Of a DNA stretch of 64,000 nt, positions 61,206 through 64,000 are shown piece by piece. Both the position numbers and the translations under genes were made by a program. The DNA is from Octopus sinensis (lineage: Eukaryota). Position 1 is the stretch's first letter, and each line of letters opens with the position of its first letter. The stretch is taken from assembly GCF_006345805.1 (NCBI RefSeq), contig NC_042997.1:22568001-22632000 (forward strand). The letters are read 5' to 3'. The notes under the pieces were generated by a model. That model searched no databases. It saw only the letters and a program-made list of their open reading frames with translations, and had not been told where the DNA came from.

Positions 61206-62179
61206 TATATGGAGATGGATGGATTGGTTTTTAAGTTAGAAAGTGAGCCGTGGAAAGTAGTAACATCGGGATCCAAGCAAAAGCTCCCTCGGACGAAAGC
61301 CCCATAGTTAAAGTGTGAAAGTTGAGAAAAGCCCCACTGTTTCAACCAGCACATGAAGTTATGCCTAGGTCTCCCCATATGCTAGAAATAACAGCCAAAT
61401 CTCTTGAAAATTTTTATAACCCCTCAGTTATATTTTTGATTATTCTTCGATTTTTTTTTATTTTCTAAAAATATTTTTACTTGTTTCAGTCATTGGACTG
61501 CGACCATGCTGGGGCACAGCCTTGAATTTTTAGTCGAATGTATCGACCCCAGAATCTTTGTTAGGTGGTCTCTGCACATGCTAGTAATAACAGCCAAATC
61601 TTTAAAAATATATATATATATAATTTCACGTAAACAAAAATGGAAATCGCACTTGTAAAGAAAAAACTTTTATTTTCCAAAATTCCAATTTTTAAGTAAA
61701 CAAAATATATTCAATTGAAAAAAAAAATTACAATAGAATAACAGAACACAAGACTTTACTACTCAATGTACATATTGTCTGAATTCTAACAGAAGGGAAA
61801 GCATTTACTTCAAGAAATGTGTAGAAACATCAAAACGATAAGTACGTTTGAACGACTAGCCTTCGGCACCATAATTCTATTAGACTGGAAAAAGTTCAAA
61901 AGGTCAGCTTATTCTCATTAATCTGTAAGTGATGAGAGAAGAAAACAAAAGACTTTGAATAAAAATTTTAAAATTCTGATTTTTCTCTGACTAAAAATTC
62001 TTCAAGGTGATGTCCCAGCATGGCTGCAGTCTATTAACTGCAACAAGTAAAAAATGTTAAAAATTCTGACGTCGATACTAAAAATTCTTCAAAGCAGTGC
62101 CCCTGTATGGCCACAGTCTAATGACTGAAACAAGTAAAAGATGTTAAAACAAAAAATAAAATACCAGAAAAATAAAACC

Positions 62180-64000
62180 GTGATGCTTTTGTCCACTAAA
62201 CTGAAACTAAACCAGAACAACCTGCCATCCTCTACACACCATCATAAACTGCAAGCAGGGTACAAATTGTTGTCCTTAAATGCTCGCAGTTTATGCAACA
62301 AAATACATTTGTTCAACTCCTACGTCAGAAGTATTGACCCTGACTTCATCACTGACACGGAAACATGGGCACATTCCTTACTCTGTGATGGGGTTTTCAA
62401 CATTACTGGATACAACCTCTTCCGCAAGGACCGCCGTGGTGGTGGTGTGATGGTCTATGTTCGTTCAAATTTTTCGGTAATTCCTTGTGCTGATTTGAAC
62501 GAATCACAAGAAGTTTTTTTCTGTGACATACGTATGACCATGTCAACACTCCTGCTTGGCGTTGTTTATCATCCCCCAAATTACCATCAAGACACACAGC
62601 TTTGCAATATCCTCCGAGCTGCTGCCAGGAAAACAGCCACTTATGTTTTTATTGCAGGCGATTTCAATCATCCTGAGATCAATTGAGAAACCTTCCATTG
62701 GCCACAGAGTGCAAACGATTTCGTTGAGCTTGTACTGGACTCAAACTGGTCACAAGTAGTCACCTCTCCAACAAGAGGCAACAACACCTTGGACCTGCTC
62801 TTCACCACAACTCCTGAAGCGGTTATCAATTGTACTACGGAGGAACCTCTAGGTGACTCTGATCATGCTATGATCATCGCCAATCTGGCTCTTGCGGGCA
62901 ACAACAAAAACCTGAACCATCTCCAATCTGCTTCCTTCGATTGGAAGAGAGCAGATTGGAACCTGTACCACACTGAATTATAGCACCCAAACTGGCGCGA
63001 ATTCTACAACTCTGGAGATGTGAATACTATACTCCAGAGTATCCTGGACTCAATATGGGCAGCATGTGCAGCATCAGTGCCACGTAAACAGAAAAAGAAG
63101 AACCGCCCCAAAAGTGCAATTTGGGAAACTTCAGCGGTCCGACTTGCCAGGAAGGAACATTGCATAAATCAGACACCAACAGGAAAAAGCGGAATAAATC
63201 TTCCAACCATCTCAAGCAAGTGACAAAAAAAGCAGTGCTTGAATTTGAACAGTGCATAGCAGCCAATCCTGACAGCAAGGTTTTCTGGAAATATGTGCAT
63301 TCAAAGCAGAGACCTCACTCTCCAGTGGGCCCTCTTCGCAACCCTCACACAAACCAGATCACTGACAATCCCAAGGAATGTGCAGAACTCATTGCCAAGT
63401 GCTATGCAAACATATTCACTGTTGAAAATCAAAATGTACCATCTTCACCATCTCTAACAGCAAATTCCATAACAACTATGGAATTTACACCTGCAATGCT
63501 GCGACGTCACCTTCAAAATAAGCGCAACTATGCCTCCGCTGGTCTTGATGGAGTTACATACCTGCTTCTCAAACGTGGCAGGTACTTCCTTTTACACCAG
63601 CTTTCTATTTTTTTCCAGTACTGTCTCAACAATGGTGCTACTCCAGAGCAGTGGAAAACTGCCAGTGTCATTCCTCTGTTCAAAAAGGGCGACCGCACAT
63701 CACCTGTCAACTATCGCCCAGTCAGTCTCACTAGCTGTATTGCAAAACTGATGGAATCGTGTGTCAGAGAAACACTTTGGAACTTCTGGAGCTCTCACAG
63801 TCTCATCCGACCCTCACAATATGGATTTGTTCCTAACTCCAGCTGCAGTGATCAGCTTGTCGAGTTCCTTGAGGACATTACTCAGATCACTGACAGTGGC
63901 TCATGGGTGGATGTTGTCTACCTTGACTTTGCTAAGGCTTTCAACTCTGTGCCACACAAAAGGCTTATGGTGAAACTCTCTGCAATGGGTGTGAGGGATG
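62180..64000 (+). mobile_element. CR1-group LINE ORF2 (APE endonuclease plus RT), degenerate, runs off the window
   Basis: SLNARSL, TETW, RKDRRGGGV, AGDFNHPEIN, TRGNNTLDL, GDSDH; RT WKTASVIPLFKKGD..NYRPVSLTS, QYGF, VYLDFAKAFNSVPH. Contains stops and frameshifts. Confidence 0.93.

Overview
This is AT-rich, repeat-dense eukaryotic DNA. The SINE and microsatellite landscape suggests an octopus or other coleoid cephalopod genome (inference). Two host genes are supported. One is a minus-strand carbohydrate sulfotransferase of the CHST8-14/Sulfotransfer_2 type, with two 3' coding exons visible. The other is a plus-strand 72-aa TOM6-like mitochondrial import gene. The rest is mostly mobile DNA: a very young complete Ty3/gypsy element with TSD, Penelope-like elements (PLEs), CR1, RTE and Tx1/L1 LINE pieces, a Helitron, Chapaev3-like, hAT, DD37D and DD34D transposon remnants, several SINE families and fold-back MITE-like elements. 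A 6.1-kb near-identical tandem duplication straddles a 100-N gap and is probably an assembly artefact. The most interesting signals are non-coding. (1) A set of type I hammerhead ribozyme motifs occurs in PLE-type terminal repeats, directly behind an ORF1-only retroelement, and in degenerate form inside a tRNA-headed SINE-like element, which suggests a SINE parasitising Penelope machinery. (2) An ORF1-only 'half-LINE' with a CCHC knuckle has a 3' tail resembling that of a Tx1/L1 LINE fragment and an abundant tRNA-SINE. (3) Candidate NMD-triggering exons lie in the TOM6-like gene. All calls were made by eye; no database searches or folding programs were run.
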